In this document: piece by piece, positions 20,956-31,264 of the stretch
Numbering within the stretch: the first letter of the stretch is position 1
Layout: every line of letters starts with the position of its first letter
Assembly (NCBI GenBank): GCA_050331735.1
Contig: JBHJGN010000041.1
Span: 1 to 60,512, forward strand
Length of the DNA: 60,512 nucleotides
DNA from: Cyanophyceae cyanobacterium
GTDB lineage: Bacteria; Cyanobacteriota; Cyanobacteriia; Cyanobacteriales; JBHJGN01
Direction: 5' to 3'
Notes under the pieces: generated by a model
Database searches by the model: none
Told to the model about the DNA's origin: nothing
The model's input: the letters and a program-made list of their open reading frames with translations, nothing else
Made by a program: the position numbers and the translations under genes

Positions 20956-21016
20956 AGTTCTCAATCTTGCCAATGGGCAATGTTCGAGTCGTTGAAACCG
21001 ATCAGTGTTGTTACCC

Positions 21017-21102
21017 AGCTAACAATTCACTTGGAGCGGACTGCTGAAAAACCTTGGTGCATTGCAAAAATTGCTGGCAGCCGCTCAAGCGAACCGTTAT
21101 GC
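21017..21102 (+). mobile_element. attC site (86 bp)
   Basis: R'' AGCTAAC; left arm CTTG(G)AGCGG(A)CTGC pairs with right arm GCAGCCGCTCAAG leaving two unpaired bases; R' GTTATGC. Confidence 0.85.
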
Positions 21103-21275
21103 CGCAGAGTTATTGGTGAGGGCACAACTGTAATCTTGTTTGTTGGTATCCAAGATTAAGTTAGTGGAGCTTGTCGGTGAGATAGTATTTGGAGGATATC
21201 GATGAAGCAGTCATGTTGAGATTTTTGTGGTTGAATCGTTAGGTGAAGCACTCTTACGAACAGGGGGAACGTTGA

Positions 21276-21590
21276 GTGGATCAATTGGAATGTAATGCCG
21301 TGATCTTCGATCTTGATGGGGTGCTTGTAGATTCCACAGCTTGTATTGAGCATCACTGGCGGCTGTGGGCAGCCAAGCATCAACTTGATTTAGAAAAGGT
21401 TTTAGATGTAGCACACGGAAGGCGAACCGTAGAGACCATTCGTCTCGTTGCACCTCACCTTGATCCTATAGTAGAGGCAGCCCAATTAGAGGCAGACGAG
21501 GCTTTCGATACCAATGGGGTAGTTGGAATGGAGGGAGCGGCAGCATTACTGCGTTCTCTCCCACCTGCTTTATGGGCGATCGCCTGCTGA
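21276..21590 (+). pseudogene. Truncated HAD-family phosphatase (second cassette)
   Basis: IFDLDGVLVDS motif I and AHGRRTVETIR; ends at WAIA, before motifs II-IV, at a GCGATCGC site. Confidence 0.8.
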
Positions 21591-21741
21591 GCTTTTCCTC
21601 TAGCAGCTCCGTCGATCGATATCGCGTCGCCAGCATGATTCAAACTAATCTAGCAGTGATGAGAAGACAATTCACAATAATCCTTGGGAGAGTAGTATAA
21701 TCCTACCTGGTCACTGGATATAGGTCACTGCTCACTGCTCC

Positions 21742-22677
21742 ATGAGTCAAACTGCTTCTCGCTCCATTAACTTCTTTCAGCAGCCTAGTGCTTGGCTCTA
21801 TAGCTTATGGAAGTTTTCTCGTCCTCATACCATCATTGGTACTAGCCTGAGCGTTTTGGCTCTGTATCTTATTGCTCTAGCTACGGCTGATTCTAGTACC
21901 TTCGTCCCCGGTCATCTTCTAGGCGCTTGGATTGCCTGCCTGTGCGGTAACGTTTACATTGTGGGTCTTAACCAGCTTGAAGATGTGGCGATCGATAAAA
22001 TTAATAAACCCCACCTTCCCGTAGCAGCCGGGGAATTTTCTCCTCGTCAGGGACAATGGCTCGTCGCGTTCTCTTTCGTTGGCGCATTTTCTTTGGCAGC
22101 GTGGCTTGGTTCGTGGCTGCTAGCAACTGTCGGAGTGAGTTTAGCCATTGGGACTGCCTATTCGTTACCGCCTGTGCGTCTGAAGCGCTTTCCCTTTTTA
22201 GCGGCGCTGTGTATCTTTACGGTGCGGGGAGCAGTGGTCAATTTGGGGCTATTTTTGCACTTTAGCCAGAAGCTGGGTGGCGCAGAGACGATCTTGCCTG
22301 CTGTATGGGCACTGACGTTCTTTGTGTTAGTGTTTACGGTGGCGATCGCCATTTTTAAAGACGTTCCCGATATGGAAGGGGACAAGCAATATAGCATTAC
22401 CACCTTTACTCTCCTGCTGGGCAAACAGGCAGTATTCAATCTCACTCGTTGGATCGTCACTGGCTGCTATGTAGGACTCATTGGGGCAAGCCTGTGGCTA
22501 CGAGATGTCAATGCTTGGTTTGTAGGAGCAACTCACCTTGGGTTACTAGGGTTATTTTGGTGGCGTTCTACTCGCGTTGATTTAGAGAGCAAAAGTGCGA
22601 TCGCCCAGTTTTATCAGTTTATCTGGAAACTATTTTTTCTGGAGTATCTCCTGTTTCCCCTTGCCTGCCTCATTTAG
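21742..22677 (+). CDS. Homogentisate phytyltransferase (UbiA family, slr1736-like)
   Basis: WKFSRPHTIIGT, NVYIVGLNQLEDVAIDKINKPHLP, IFKDVPDMEGD, FYQFIWKLFFLEY. Confidence 0.93.
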   Translation: MSQTASRSINFFQQPSAWLYSLWKFSRPHTIIGTSLSVLALYLIALATADSSTFVPGHLLGAWIACLCGNVYIVGLNQLEDVAIDKINKPHLPVAAGEFSPRQGQWLVAFSFVGAFSLAAWLGSWLLATVGVSLAIGTAYSLPPVRLKRFPFLAALCIFTVRGAVVNLGLFLHFSQKLGGAETILPAVWALTFFVLVFTVAIAIFKDVPDMEGDKQYSITTFTLLLGKQAVFNLTRWIVTGCYVGLIGASLWLRDVNAWFVGATHLGLLGLFWWRSTRVDLESKSAIAQFYQFIWKLFFLEYLLFPLACLI

Positions 22678-23324
22678 AAGTCATAGGAGTAGTAGAGAGT
22701 AACTCCTTGCTCTTGAGCGTAATTCTCTACCTCCGGGCTAGAAACCATATGAGTAACTAGGAGAGGAAACACATCCCCCAATACGCCTCTTAAAGGATCA
22801 AGTTTTCGCCTGACAAAGCGGTCGATGTCTCTCGTTGAAAGCTGGCTTTTGCTTTCTCCAACAATAGTATAGTTTTTTCCCTCTCGAACGGCCTGCCCAA
22901 GGATATTGACTTCCAAGGAGCGTCCCTGCTCATCCGTAACGTAGCCACGCTTCAAACGCCCCTGGACAGCTAAATTAAAATTTTCTCTTAAAAGCGCAGG
23001 TAGGGCTTTGTAAGACTCATTTTCTAGAGTATAGCCGATAGTCATCGCGAGACCTCCTACCTGTCTATTGGTTTCTCTAAGCGCTTGAGCGAGTTCATCG
23101 ACGCGCTGCTCGGTGCGAGTTTGAGCCTGAGCGAGTTCTTCTAGGCGCTGCTCAGTCCGGTTCTGGGCTTGAGCGAGTTCTCGAACAATTGCTTTTAGTT
23201 CATTAAAATCGGAGGTTTTAACTAGCTCCGAGTAGGCTTCTGTAACAACCTGTGCCAAAACTTCAGCTTGTTCGGTGCTGAAGACTTGACTGAGACGTTG
23301 CTGAAGCTGAGCGGGAGTTTGCAT
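22674..23324 (-). CDS. Hypothetical protein with coiled-coil repeats and a PD-(D/E)XK-like C-terminus
   Basis: ELAQAQxRTEQR repeats, then EVNILG...VGESKSQL. Confidence 0.7.
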   Translation of the reverse strand: MQTPAQLQQRLSQVFSTEQAEVLAQVVTEAYSELVKTSDFNELKAIVRELAQAQNRTEQRLEELAQAQTRTEQRVDELAQALRETNRQVGGLAMTIGYTLENESYKALPALLRENFNLAVQGRLKRGYVTDEQGRSLEVNILGQAVREGKNYTIVGESKSQLSTRDIDRFVRRKLDPLRGVLGDVFPLLVTHMVSSPEVENYAQEQGVTLYYSYDF

Positions 23325-23644
23325 AAAGAATGACGATCAATTAGCAGAAATTCCTTGATGCTATAAAAGCCTAGCAAGGAGTTTTGAACACCACATCACC
23401 CAACGATTTTGATAGTCTAGAGTAGTAAAACAGCGTTAAGGCTAGTTATCTCTATACTACTAGGCAAAGAGGATACGGTGCAGAAGCCTACTGCTCGCTC
23501 TTCGAGAGACTTTGAGTAAGCTATTAATTGATGCAGCTCAGGAACTCAAGTTGACAGAAGATGAGCCAAAATTAACTCTCAAGGACAACTGAAGGCTAGT
23601 CGAGCGAATCCTCCTTTTGACTACTATGATGAAACCTACTCGCA

Positions 23645-23678
23645 GTACCAGCGGCTACTCAATGTAAAAAAAGCTACA
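23645..23678. promoter_or_regulatory. Two adjacent NtcA-type boxes (GTA-N8-TAC)
   Basis: GTACCAGCGGCTAC at 23645-23658 and TGTAAAAAAAGCTACA at 23663-23678, about 100 bp upstream of the ABC operon. Confidence 0.45.
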
Positions 23679-23772
23679 GCTTTTCTGCCAAACAACCATT
23701 TAACTAGAGTGAATTATTCTAGCTGGCTTGGCCAGACTAGATAGCAACATTGAGCGGAACGGGAGTGGGAGC

Positions 23773-24750
23773 GTGAAACAAGTAGTCGGTGCTGTTTTTT
23801 TGGGGTTAACCGTTGCCATTACTAGCTGTAGCAGTCAGCCAAGCAGCAATGGAACAGATATTACCTGGGGAGGGCCGAAAAATATCTCGATGCTGCCCAT
23901 CCTCGCTCAGGAGCAAGGATACTTTGCCGAAGCCGGACTAGAGACTGAACGCCAAGACATTCAAACAGGGAAACAAACCCTCGATACCCTCATCAGCGGC
24001 AACATCGATTTTGGCATTGTTGTGGAACCAACCATTGCTACTATCAAGTTTCAGCCAGGAACCGATATTAAAGTCATTGCCGTTATTCAAGAGAAATTTG
24101 ACGATGCGATCGTGGCGCGCAAGGATAAAGGAATCAATAGCGCTAAAGATTTAGAAGGTAAAACTTTGGGGCTGACCTATACAACCACGGCTCAGATGTT
24201 TGCAGTAGAATACCTTCAGTCTCAAGGGGTCGATCTCGACAAGGTAGAAATGATCAATATGCCGCCCCCGGCTATTCAGGCAGCCGTCGTCAATGGCGAA
24301 CTAGATGCGGGCAGCATGTGGCAACCTTTTCGCTACAATACCGCTGATACTCTTGGAGATAACGGCATCGTCATGAACGATCCGATTTATAAAGCCTACG
24401 CGATTGTAGCCGTGCGCGCAGACTTCGCTGAGGAGAACCCGGAAGCGATTGAAAGCTTCCTGCAAGCACTTATTGAAGCAGAAGAGTATCTCGAAGAGAA
24501 TCCCCAGGAAGCCCAAGAGATTTTAGCCCGCGAAATCGACATTCCCCTAGAGGTACTGCAACTGGCTTGGGAAGAGTACGAGGTTGGAGTCAGCATGTCT
24601 GGAGGATTACTAGACACCATTACCAAGCAGGGCGAGTGGGTCGCCTCTACAGAACCAGAATTCCAAGATCAGCCATTACCTGACTATGAAGAAACTATTG
24701 CCCCAGAATTTCTTAAAGGAATTGATAGCCAGCGGGTTGAGGATTTTTGA
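23773..24750 (+). CDS. ABC transporter substrate-binding lipoprotein (SsuA/NMT1, NitT/TauT family)
   Basis: ITSC lipobox; AQEQGYFAEAGL, DLEGKTLG, GELDAGSMWQP. The ORF track start is 23728; GTG 23773 is more likely. Confidence 0.88.
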   Translation: MKQVVGAVFLGLTVAITSCSSQPSSNGTDITWGGPKNISMLPILAQEQGYFAEAGLETERQDIQTGKQTLDTLISGNIDFGIVVEPTIATIKFQPGTDIKVIAVIQEKFDDAIVARKDKGINSAKDLEGKTLGLTYTTTAQMFAVEYLQSQGVDLDKVEMINMPPPAIQAAVVNGELDAGSMWQPFRYNTADTLGDNGIVMNDPIYKAYAIVAVRADFAEENPEAIESFLQALIEAEEYLEENPQEAQEILAREIDIPLEVLQLAWEEYEVGVSMSGGLLDTITKQGEWVASTEPEFQDQPLPDYEETIAPEFLKGIDSQRVEDF

Positions 24751-24820
24751 CTTCCTACAGAAGTCGGGGAAAGGGTAAGGGGGAAAGGGAAAAAGACATT
24801 CCAGTTGCAACTCATAAATC

Positions 24821-25600
24821 TTGTTCGATTACTCATCTATTTTGGCAAAAGGGACAGTGAATCGACGCACCGTTATTGGTATTCTGCTAATTTTTGCGTT
24901 CTGGATTGTTATTTATTATTCAGGCGTAGTTAGTCCTGCCCTGCTTGCTTCTCCTTTGGCTGCAATTGCTAGGGTCTTTACGTTACTTGTCAGTGGTGAC
25001 CTAATTGAAGATGTGCAGCTAACCGGGTATCGCTGGCTGGTGGGATACATTGGCGGCATTATGCTAGGTATTCCCGTCGGTTTGTTCATGGGAACTTCCA
25101 GAGTTTTCGCACAGCTAATGGAGTTTCCTGTCGATTTCTTTCGCTCTCTGCCAGTGACTTCCCTATTTCCGCTGTTCCTCCTGGCGTTTGGCATCGGCGA
25201 TGAATCGAAAATTGCGATGGTTGGGGTGGCTGTTTTCTTTGTTTTGGTAATCAACAGTGCCTACGGTGCGGCCCAGGGAGCGAGTAAAAAGAGGCAAATG
25301 GCCAAATCATTTGGGGCTTCAGACTGGCAAACCTTTAAAGACGTTACCGTTTGGGAAGCCGTTCCGCAAATCTTTGTTGGTATGAGGATTGCCCTTTCGA
25401 CCTCTTTAATCGTGGTCATTGTCAGCGAGATGTTCATGGGGACGCAGTATGGACTCGGACAGCGAGTCTTCGATGCCTACTCGAAAAATGCGGTCAATGA
25501 ACTTTATGGGGTGTTAATTTTTACTGGGATTGTTGGCTATCTTCTCAACAAGCTGTTTGTCGTCATTGAGAAGAAAGTCTTGTTTTGGGTGGGGAACTAA
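24821..25600 (+). CDS. ABC transporter permease (SsuC/TauC-like)
   Basis: FFRSLP..LFPLF..FGIGDESK, EAA-like AKSFGAS, VVIVSEM. Confidence 0.9.
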   Translation: MFDYSSILAKGTVNRRTVIGILLIFAFWIVIYYSGVVSPALLASPLAAIARVFTLLVSGDLIEDVQLTGYRWLVGYIGGIMLGIPVGLFMGTSRVFAQLMEFPVDFFRSLPVTSLFPLFLLAFGIGDESKIAMVGVAVFFVLVINSAYGAAQGASKKRQMAKSFGASDWQTFKDVTVWEAVPQIFVGMRIALSTSLIVVIVSEMFMGTQYGLGQRVFDAYSKNAVNELYGVLIFTGIVGYLLNKLFVVIEKKVLFWVGN

Positions 25601-25603
25601 CCA

Positions 25604-26362
25604 ATGCTGACCTTAGCGAATGTCTCGAAAAGCTTTCAGGATGGCGATGGAAAAACGGTTGATGTTCTCAAAGAGCTTGACTTAACCACCGAACCGGGAG
25701 AATTTATGACGATTTTTGGTCCAAATGGCTGCGGGAAATCAACGCTCATGAGCATGATTGTTGGCGTTGAAAAACCGACTCAGGGCGACATTCTCTTTCA
25801 CTCTCAGCCTGTAGAAATTGGCTATGTGTTTCAAGATTATAAAGCTAGCTTACTGCCGTGGCGAACTGTCCAAGATAATATTGCTCTCCCTCTGATTTGG
25901 AAAGGCATGAAAAAGCAGCAGGCTGTTCAGAAAGTGAGGGAGTTGGTGGAAACTTTTAAGCTAAACGTCAATTTGAAAGCCTATCCGTTTACCCTATCTG
26001 GCGGTCAGGCGCAGCTTGTCTGTATTTTGAGAAGTCTAGTGATCAAGCCAAATATTTTGATTTTGGATGAACCCGCCAGCGCCCTTGATTATCTGAACTC
26101 GATGAACTTGCTGATGGAACTACAGCAGTTTTGGATGAAGCTCAACTTCACGGCGCTATTTATTTCTCACGACATTGAAGAAGCGCTCTTTTTGGGCGAT
26201 CGCCTGTTGCTGCTGTCTCCCAAACCCACTCAAATCATCGACATCATCGATATTAATCTACCTCGTCCTCGGACTTTAGAAGTATTCACCCATCCAGAAT
26301 TTGTCAAACTCAAGCGACGGGCGCTAGAACGTTTATACCCAATGCTGCTGCCTAGCTCATAA
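25604..26362 (+). CDS. ABC transporter ATP-binding protein (SsuB/TauB-like)
   Basis: GPNGCGKST, LSGGQ, LILDEP, ISHDIEEA. Confidence 0.92.
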   Translation: MLTLANVSKSFQDGDGKTVDVLKELDLTTEPGEFMTIFGPNGCGKSTLMSMIVGVEKPTQGDILFHSQPVEIGYVFQDYKASLLPWRTVQDNIALPLIWKGMKKQQAVQKVRELVETFKLNVNLKAYPFTLSGGQAQLVCILRSLVIKPNILILDEPASALDYLNSMNLLMELQQFWMKLNFTALFISHDIEEALFLGDRLLLLSPKPTQIIDIIDINLPRPRTLEVFTHPEFVKLKRRALERLYPMLLPSS

Positions 26363-26636
26363 AAAGTTGATTGGATAAATATTAGGGTGTGTTAGTAGGG
26401 AATGGTTGATATTTAATAGATCGGGTGATGACCTTCAAGGGTATGAACGCAGGATCGGGCAGATAACGGCAGCCACGAGTCAGCAAGTTTTAACAGTCGG
26501 CTGCTTTGAGCCGAGGATGCGTGTTCTCATCTAGTAGCGAACGGGTTTCTCTTTTTTTACTAGCCTATTGCTCTTAGTTAGAGATGCAGTATCAGCAGTT
26601 ACAGTATTAAGAAAAGACTTGTACAAGAGGAGCGGA

Positions 26637-27059
26637 ATGGCAACAATCAGACTAATGCACGCTAAGCTGCATCGGGTGAGAGTGACAGCAGCCAATGTTG
26701 ACTACGTGGGTAGTATGACAATCGACCAAGATTTGCTTGAGAAAGTTGGCTTGCTCCCTTTAGAAGAAATTGATGTGGTTAATCTCAGTAATGGCCAGCG
26801 CTGGTCAACCTATACGCTTCCTGGAGAAGCGGGGTCTGGGGTCATTTGTCCGAACGGGGGAGCTGCACTGCTGGCTCAGCCGGGAGATCTTCTGATTATC
26901 TACGCCTACGAGGAGTGCGATCGCGCCGACGTGTTACGCCGTGGCCACCAAGCACGGGTAATGATCGTAGACGAACACAATCGCCCGCAAGAGTTTTTCT
27001 ACCAGTCGTTACGAGCAAACGGTGACAAAGTGCAGCTTCACAGCTCAACAGTTGTCTAA
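26637..27059 (+). CDS. panD: Aspartate 1-decarboxylase
   Basis: [14 protein letters not shown] cleavage site, [13 protein letters not shown]; start ATG 26637 after AGAGGAG. Confidence 0.93.
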   Translation: MATIRLMHAKLHRVRVTAANVDYVGSMTIDQDLLEKVGLLPLEEIDVVNLSNGQRWSTYTLPGEAGSGVICPNGGAALLAQPGDLLIIYAYEECDRADVLRRGHQARVMIVDEHNRPQEFFYQSLRANGDKVQLHSSTVV

Positions 27060-27450
27060 TCCCAAATTCGGTTGAGATATCCCACTTAAAAGTTAGGCAA
27101 GGCAGGAGGAGAGTCCAGTCCGGACTGAGACTGGGTCGAGATGCGGAACCACGTTCGGCACATAGCCCCTCCAGTTTCCATCGTGCTTCCTACGGAAGAA
27201 CTGCAAAGAACCGAGCAACGAGCCAACGCTGATTGGAGAATAGCATAGTTAACAGAAGCTCGATACAATCAATGCAGCGATCGTTGTCAACGCACAAGCG
27301 ATTCCTTTTTTAAAAGACTGAGCCTTAGTTTAGTTGTCGGTTTACTGGAGCATTCGGAAGTTCTATCGTCATACAAATCATTCTCGGCGAGCCATACTTC
27401 TCTGCTGATCTGGCAGGACTCGACAACGCATTGTGAAAATAGAAAAACAA

Positions 27451-27918
27451 TTAAGTATTTTCTTGAGCAAAATGTTTCGCTAAATTGTCAGAGGCTAAAG
27501 CAGTAAGGTACTGATGTGCTAGCTCTGGAGTTGCCAGTTCCAGGAGCACAGCATTTTCAATCCAAAACTCAATCACATCAAAGTAGCCGCGACTACAGCG
27601 CAAGCAGCGCCAGTTTTCCCGTCGGGCAATAGATTCGATTTGTGCTTGGTCAATTGGTATTGAAATTGCAGCGTGAGTCGCAATGAATTGTTTGGCAGCA
27701 CTTTGTTGATAGCAGATGGGGTTGTCTCCTGCTCCGGGAATCATTTCAGTACCCAGAGGATACACTTCAATAAGAGTTCCGTATTCGTCGCCAGCAAATG
27801 CGACATAGCTATCTGGATGGGAAGGAAAAGGAGCGTAATAGCGATTGCCAAATAATTCGGCTAAGACTTTAGCGACGCGGAGAGGATCTTGAGCAGGAAT
27901 AGAAAGATGATGAATCAT
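27451..27918 (-). CDS. VOC/glyoxalase-fold protein
   Basis: MIHHLSI, GTLIEVYP, THAAIS, FDVIEFWIEN. Confidence 0.75.
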   Translation of the reverse strand: MIHHLSIPAQDPLRVAKVLAELFGNRYYAPFPSHPDSYVAFAGDEYGTLIEVYPLGTEMIPGAGDNPICYQQSAAKQFIATHAAISIPIDQAQIESIARRENWRCLRCSRGYFDVIEFWIENAVLLELATPELAHQYLTALASDNLAKHFAQENT

Positions 27919-28699
27919 AATCGGAAAAGGGTAAACTTGAGAAAATTCTAAATAGAAAGGGAGATTGACAAGAAAGATTGCTCAGCTAGTCAGGCCAAAC
28001 AGCTTGAATCTAGTCAATGATATCGGTAATCAACCCTTCAAAGATTTTAATTCTCCTTGCGAGTTTTTATTTCCTTGTCCTTGCTTCCATGCCCGCTTAA
28101 CCTTACCATCTGGCAGCACCAATTGATGGCTCACTTGAACAAGCTGTCCGGTTCTCAGAGCCGATTGAACTTGTTGCCAGAGCTGCTCGATCTTTTATCA
28201 TCATGATGATAACTTTTAACAGGCTTTAAAAAGCTGCGTCTTTACCGCTCTTAGAAAGAGTGAGCGGATTTTTATTTCTAGGTTATTTCTAGGTGTTGAG
28301 CCGTAACATAAATTGAGTAAACAAGGTAAAGCCCGCGAACAGCAAAAAGACTTCAACCATGCCGCTCAGCTTGAGTCCTACTCTCACAGTGGCTGTAGCC
28401 TCAACAGCCACAGCGTTGCTCGACCATTTTCGTGTCGGTTCGGTCATTTTTTCAGGAGCGGAGATGTGCTGCTGTCGTTGAGCTGAATCTTAGTTGAACT
28501 GCGCGTATTACGTATGTCAGCTCAAGGGTGGATCGTCGGCGCTAAATGGTAATGTAGTTCTGACGGCTGAGCCCGATCAAGTGCCTGTTCAAGGAGGTTG
28601 GTGGCGACCACTCGGTTGCCAACAGTTGATGTCACCTCGTCCTCGTATTGAAGCTAGCTAACAAGCATTGAGGGGCTCTTCCTCGGAGTTAAGTCCTCC

Positions 28700-29650
28700 T
28701 TGGACTCATTAGTTAAACCGATTGATATCAGGAGACAGAGGATGAAGAGGAGACAAGTAACATATCTCCACAAGTCGATCAGCCTAAAATTACCTTGGGT
28801 GGATGCTGGGAGAGAAACGCAGGAAACTCTCAAGCAAAAATACTTCCGAGGCAGCGAAATTCTAGCTGAACATTTTCAAGCAATCGAAGACAAGCTTCTG
28901 CAGGGAAAGGCTTTTTTGGCTGCTGTCGACAATCAGCTTATGCTGGGACTGTTTCTGAAACTTAGCCGCAGCTATCGTTCATTGCTGCTGTTACTTGACA
29001 GTAACGATCAGAGAACCATTCAGTTTATCAGCGAGCAGCTCTGTGAAGCCGTGGTGATGTTGGCGTTTTTGGCAGAAGAAACAATCGAGTCTTCCCTGTA
29101 TCCCTATTTCACCTCCGCACTCAAGCAGGCTTACTGCCTGTATACCTTACTCGAAGAAAAGCGCTTACAATCTCCCCAAGACGCTAAACTACAGGCTCTC
29201 AAGGCCAAACTACAGCATTTTATTGAGCGATCGCAACAGCAGCTTAGAGAACTGAGCGATACCGGCGAAACGACGGCAGGTGATGCTGAAGGAGACGACA
29301 ACACGGAGATTTTCGCTAGAGACGCACTCAGTCAACGTGCCGCCATAGTTGGCATTAAAGTCCTCCTAGACTCTTCAAGAACCATCACTTCAGCAGTTAA
29401 TCCCGCCAGCTTGCTCGATTTGGAGCTTTTTTATCTAGAGTCTCTCACCAGTCCAGTTTCCTGCTTCGATCCGCTCAAACTGCTTCGAGATACTTCCCAC
29501 GCCTGTTTACACGCGACAACAATTTTTTTAGATGTGATTGACCGCCACCATTGCCAGGAGATTGACCTGGATTTACGGCAAATCAACGGCGACTTCAATA
29601 CCTTCTTCAAGTGGTTTCACGAGCTGTATATTCTGTACCAATCCGCTTAG
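28700..29650 (+). CDS. Hypothetical alpha-helical protein (weak DUF5677-like resemblance)
   Basis: Long leucine-rich ORF; no diagnostic catalytic motif. Confidence 0.55.
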   Translation: MDSLVKPIDIRRQRMKRRQVTYLHKSISLKLPWVDAGRETQETLKQKYFRGSEILAEHFQAIEDKLLQGKAFLAAVDNQLMLGLFLKLSRSYRSLLLLLDSNDQRTIQFISEQLCEAVVMLAFLAEETIESSLYPYFTSALKQAYCLYTLLEEKRLQSPQDAKLQALKAKLQHFIERSQQQLRELSDTGETTAGDAEGDDNTEIFARDALSQRAAIVGIKVLLDSSRTITSAVNPASLLDLELFYLESLTSPVSCFDPLKLLRDTSHACLHATTIFLDVIDRHHCQEIDLDLRQINGDFNTFFKWFHELYILYQSA

Positions 29651-29710
29651 AATCTGCTAGCGTAACGCTCACGCTAATAGTGCCCACCACATTGCCGATG
29701 GCTTAGCTGA

Positions 29711-31261
29711 TTAATGCCCCGCCATCCGCTGACCGATCGTGTTGATGTCTGCCGAATCCCGACTCCTTTCATAAACTAAAGCACCATCCGTCATGACCAC
29801 CAGGCGATCGCTTAAAGCCAGCAACTCGTCCAAATCTTCGCTGACCAGCAGCACCGCTACCCCCTGGTTCCGAGCCTTGATGAGCTGAGAGTGGATGGTT
29901 TTAACAGCCGCAAAGTCTAACCCAAAGCAGGGATTGGCCGCAATCAGCACTTGAGTATTCCCAGAAGCAAGTTCACGGGCCAGAACGGTGCGCTGTACGT
30001 TGCCGCCAGACAGATTCATCACCGGAGAGTCTACCGATGGCGTTTTGATTGAAAAACGCTCCACCAGCTTCTGGGCCATCTGGCGCATCGCCTGATAGTT
30101 AAGCAACCACCCCCTTACAGCCTGCGGAGGTCGGTCGAAAGTTCGTAAGGAAAGATTTTCCGCGACGCTCATACGGGGAACACAGGCATTGCGCAACGGT
30201 TCTTCTGGCAGGATAAAAACCCGATGCCGCACCATTTCTGAGCGCGTGGCCCGATAGTCTTCTCCGTTGACTTGAACCCGCCCTGCCGTAGGCCGCCGCT
30301 GGCCTGCCAAAACCTCCACTAGTTCTCGCTGCCCGTTACCAGAAACTCCCGCAATCCCTAAAATTTCCCCGGCGCAAACGGTTAAACTGATGTTCTTAAC
30401 CGCCTCAACGCCATTAGAGCGTTCAGCGTACAGGTTCTCAATCCGCAACACGGGGTCTCCGGGAGCTTGAGCAGATTTTTCAACCTGTCTCTCGCTGCGT
30501 TTCTCTCCTACCATCCACTGCGCGAGGTCCGCAGTCGTCAATTCCTCCACGGTGCCGCGTCCTGCCACTTTCCCCCGGCGCAGCACCGTCACTTCCTGGG
30601 CATAGGCCATGACTTCCCGAAATTTGTGGGTAATCAGCAACACGCTTAACTCCCCAGCATCAACCATTTCTCGCAGTAGACCAAGTACCTCGTCTGCTTC
30701 CTGGGGGGTCAGGACGGAGGTTGGTTCATCTAAAATTAAGAGGCGACTTTCTAAGTAAAGCTGCTTCAGAATTTCGATTTTCTGTTTTTCTCCCGCCGCT
30801 AGCTGCTCAACAGGAGTATCCAAATTGACCTGGAAAGGAGCTTGCTCTAGAAAAGTAGCGAGGCGAGCACGTTCGGCTGTCCAATCAATAATGCCGGGAA
30901 TATTCGAGCGAGCCAGAACCAAATTTTCGGCAACCGTCATGGCTGGAACCAAGGTGAAATGCTGGTAAACCATGCCAATGCCGTACTGGTGAGCGTCGTG
31001 AGGATTAGAAATCGAGCGTGCTTCTCGACCAATTATGACCTCTCCTGCATTGGCCCGGTAAAAGCCCATCACGCACTTGACCAGAGTACTTTTACCCGCT
31101 CCATTTTCCCCAATCAGAGCGTGAAAGGTGCCCGGTTTTAGATGTAGGGAAACGTGGTCAACGGCAGCTAGGGAGCCGAATCGCTTAGTAATGTTGACAA
31201 GCTCTAATTCTGGTGGAGAGTGAGCAGCCGTTGGAATCGGTTGAGACTGGCTGGTTTTCAT
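29711..31261 (-). CDS. ABC transporter ATP-binding protein with two NBDs (sugar/nucleoside type)
   Basis: GENGAGKST, LDEPTSVLTPQE, GVSGNGQREL, LSGGNVQR, VSEDLDE. Confidence 0.92.
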   Translation of the reverse strand: MKTSQSQPIPTAAHSPPELELVNITKRFGSLAAVDHVSLHLKPGTFHALIGENGAGKSTLVKCVMGFYRANAGEVIIGREARSISNPHDAHQYGIGMVYQHFTLVPAMTVAENLVLARSNIPGIIDWTAERARLATFLEQAPFQVNLDTPVEQLAAGEKQKIEILKQLYLESRLLILDEPTSVLTPQEADEVLGLLREMVDAGELSVLLITHKFREVMAYAQEVTVLRRGKVAGRGTVEELTTADLAQWMVGEKRSERQVEKSAQAPGDPVLRIENLYAERSNGVEAVKNISLTVCAGEILGIAGVSGNGQRELVEVLAGQRRPTAGRVQVNGEDYRATRSEMVRHRVFILPEEPLRNACVPRMSVAENLSLRTFDRPPQAVRGWLLNYQAMRQMAQKLVERFSIKTPSVDSPVMNLSGGNVQRTVLARELASGNTQVLIAANPCFGLDFAAVKTIHSQLIKARNQGVAVLLVSEDLDELLALSDRLVVMTDGALVYERSRDSADINTIGQRMAGH

Positions 31262-31264
31262 TTG

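Noticed and set aside
23400..23640. Riboswitch upstream of the ABC operon
   Set aside because: No TPP, cobalamin, guanidine or other aptamer consensus could be recognised.
26589..26602. GTA-N8-TAC upstream of panD (another at 10498-10511)
   Set aside because: No correctly spaced -10, and a 6-bp motif is expected many times by chance in 60 kb.
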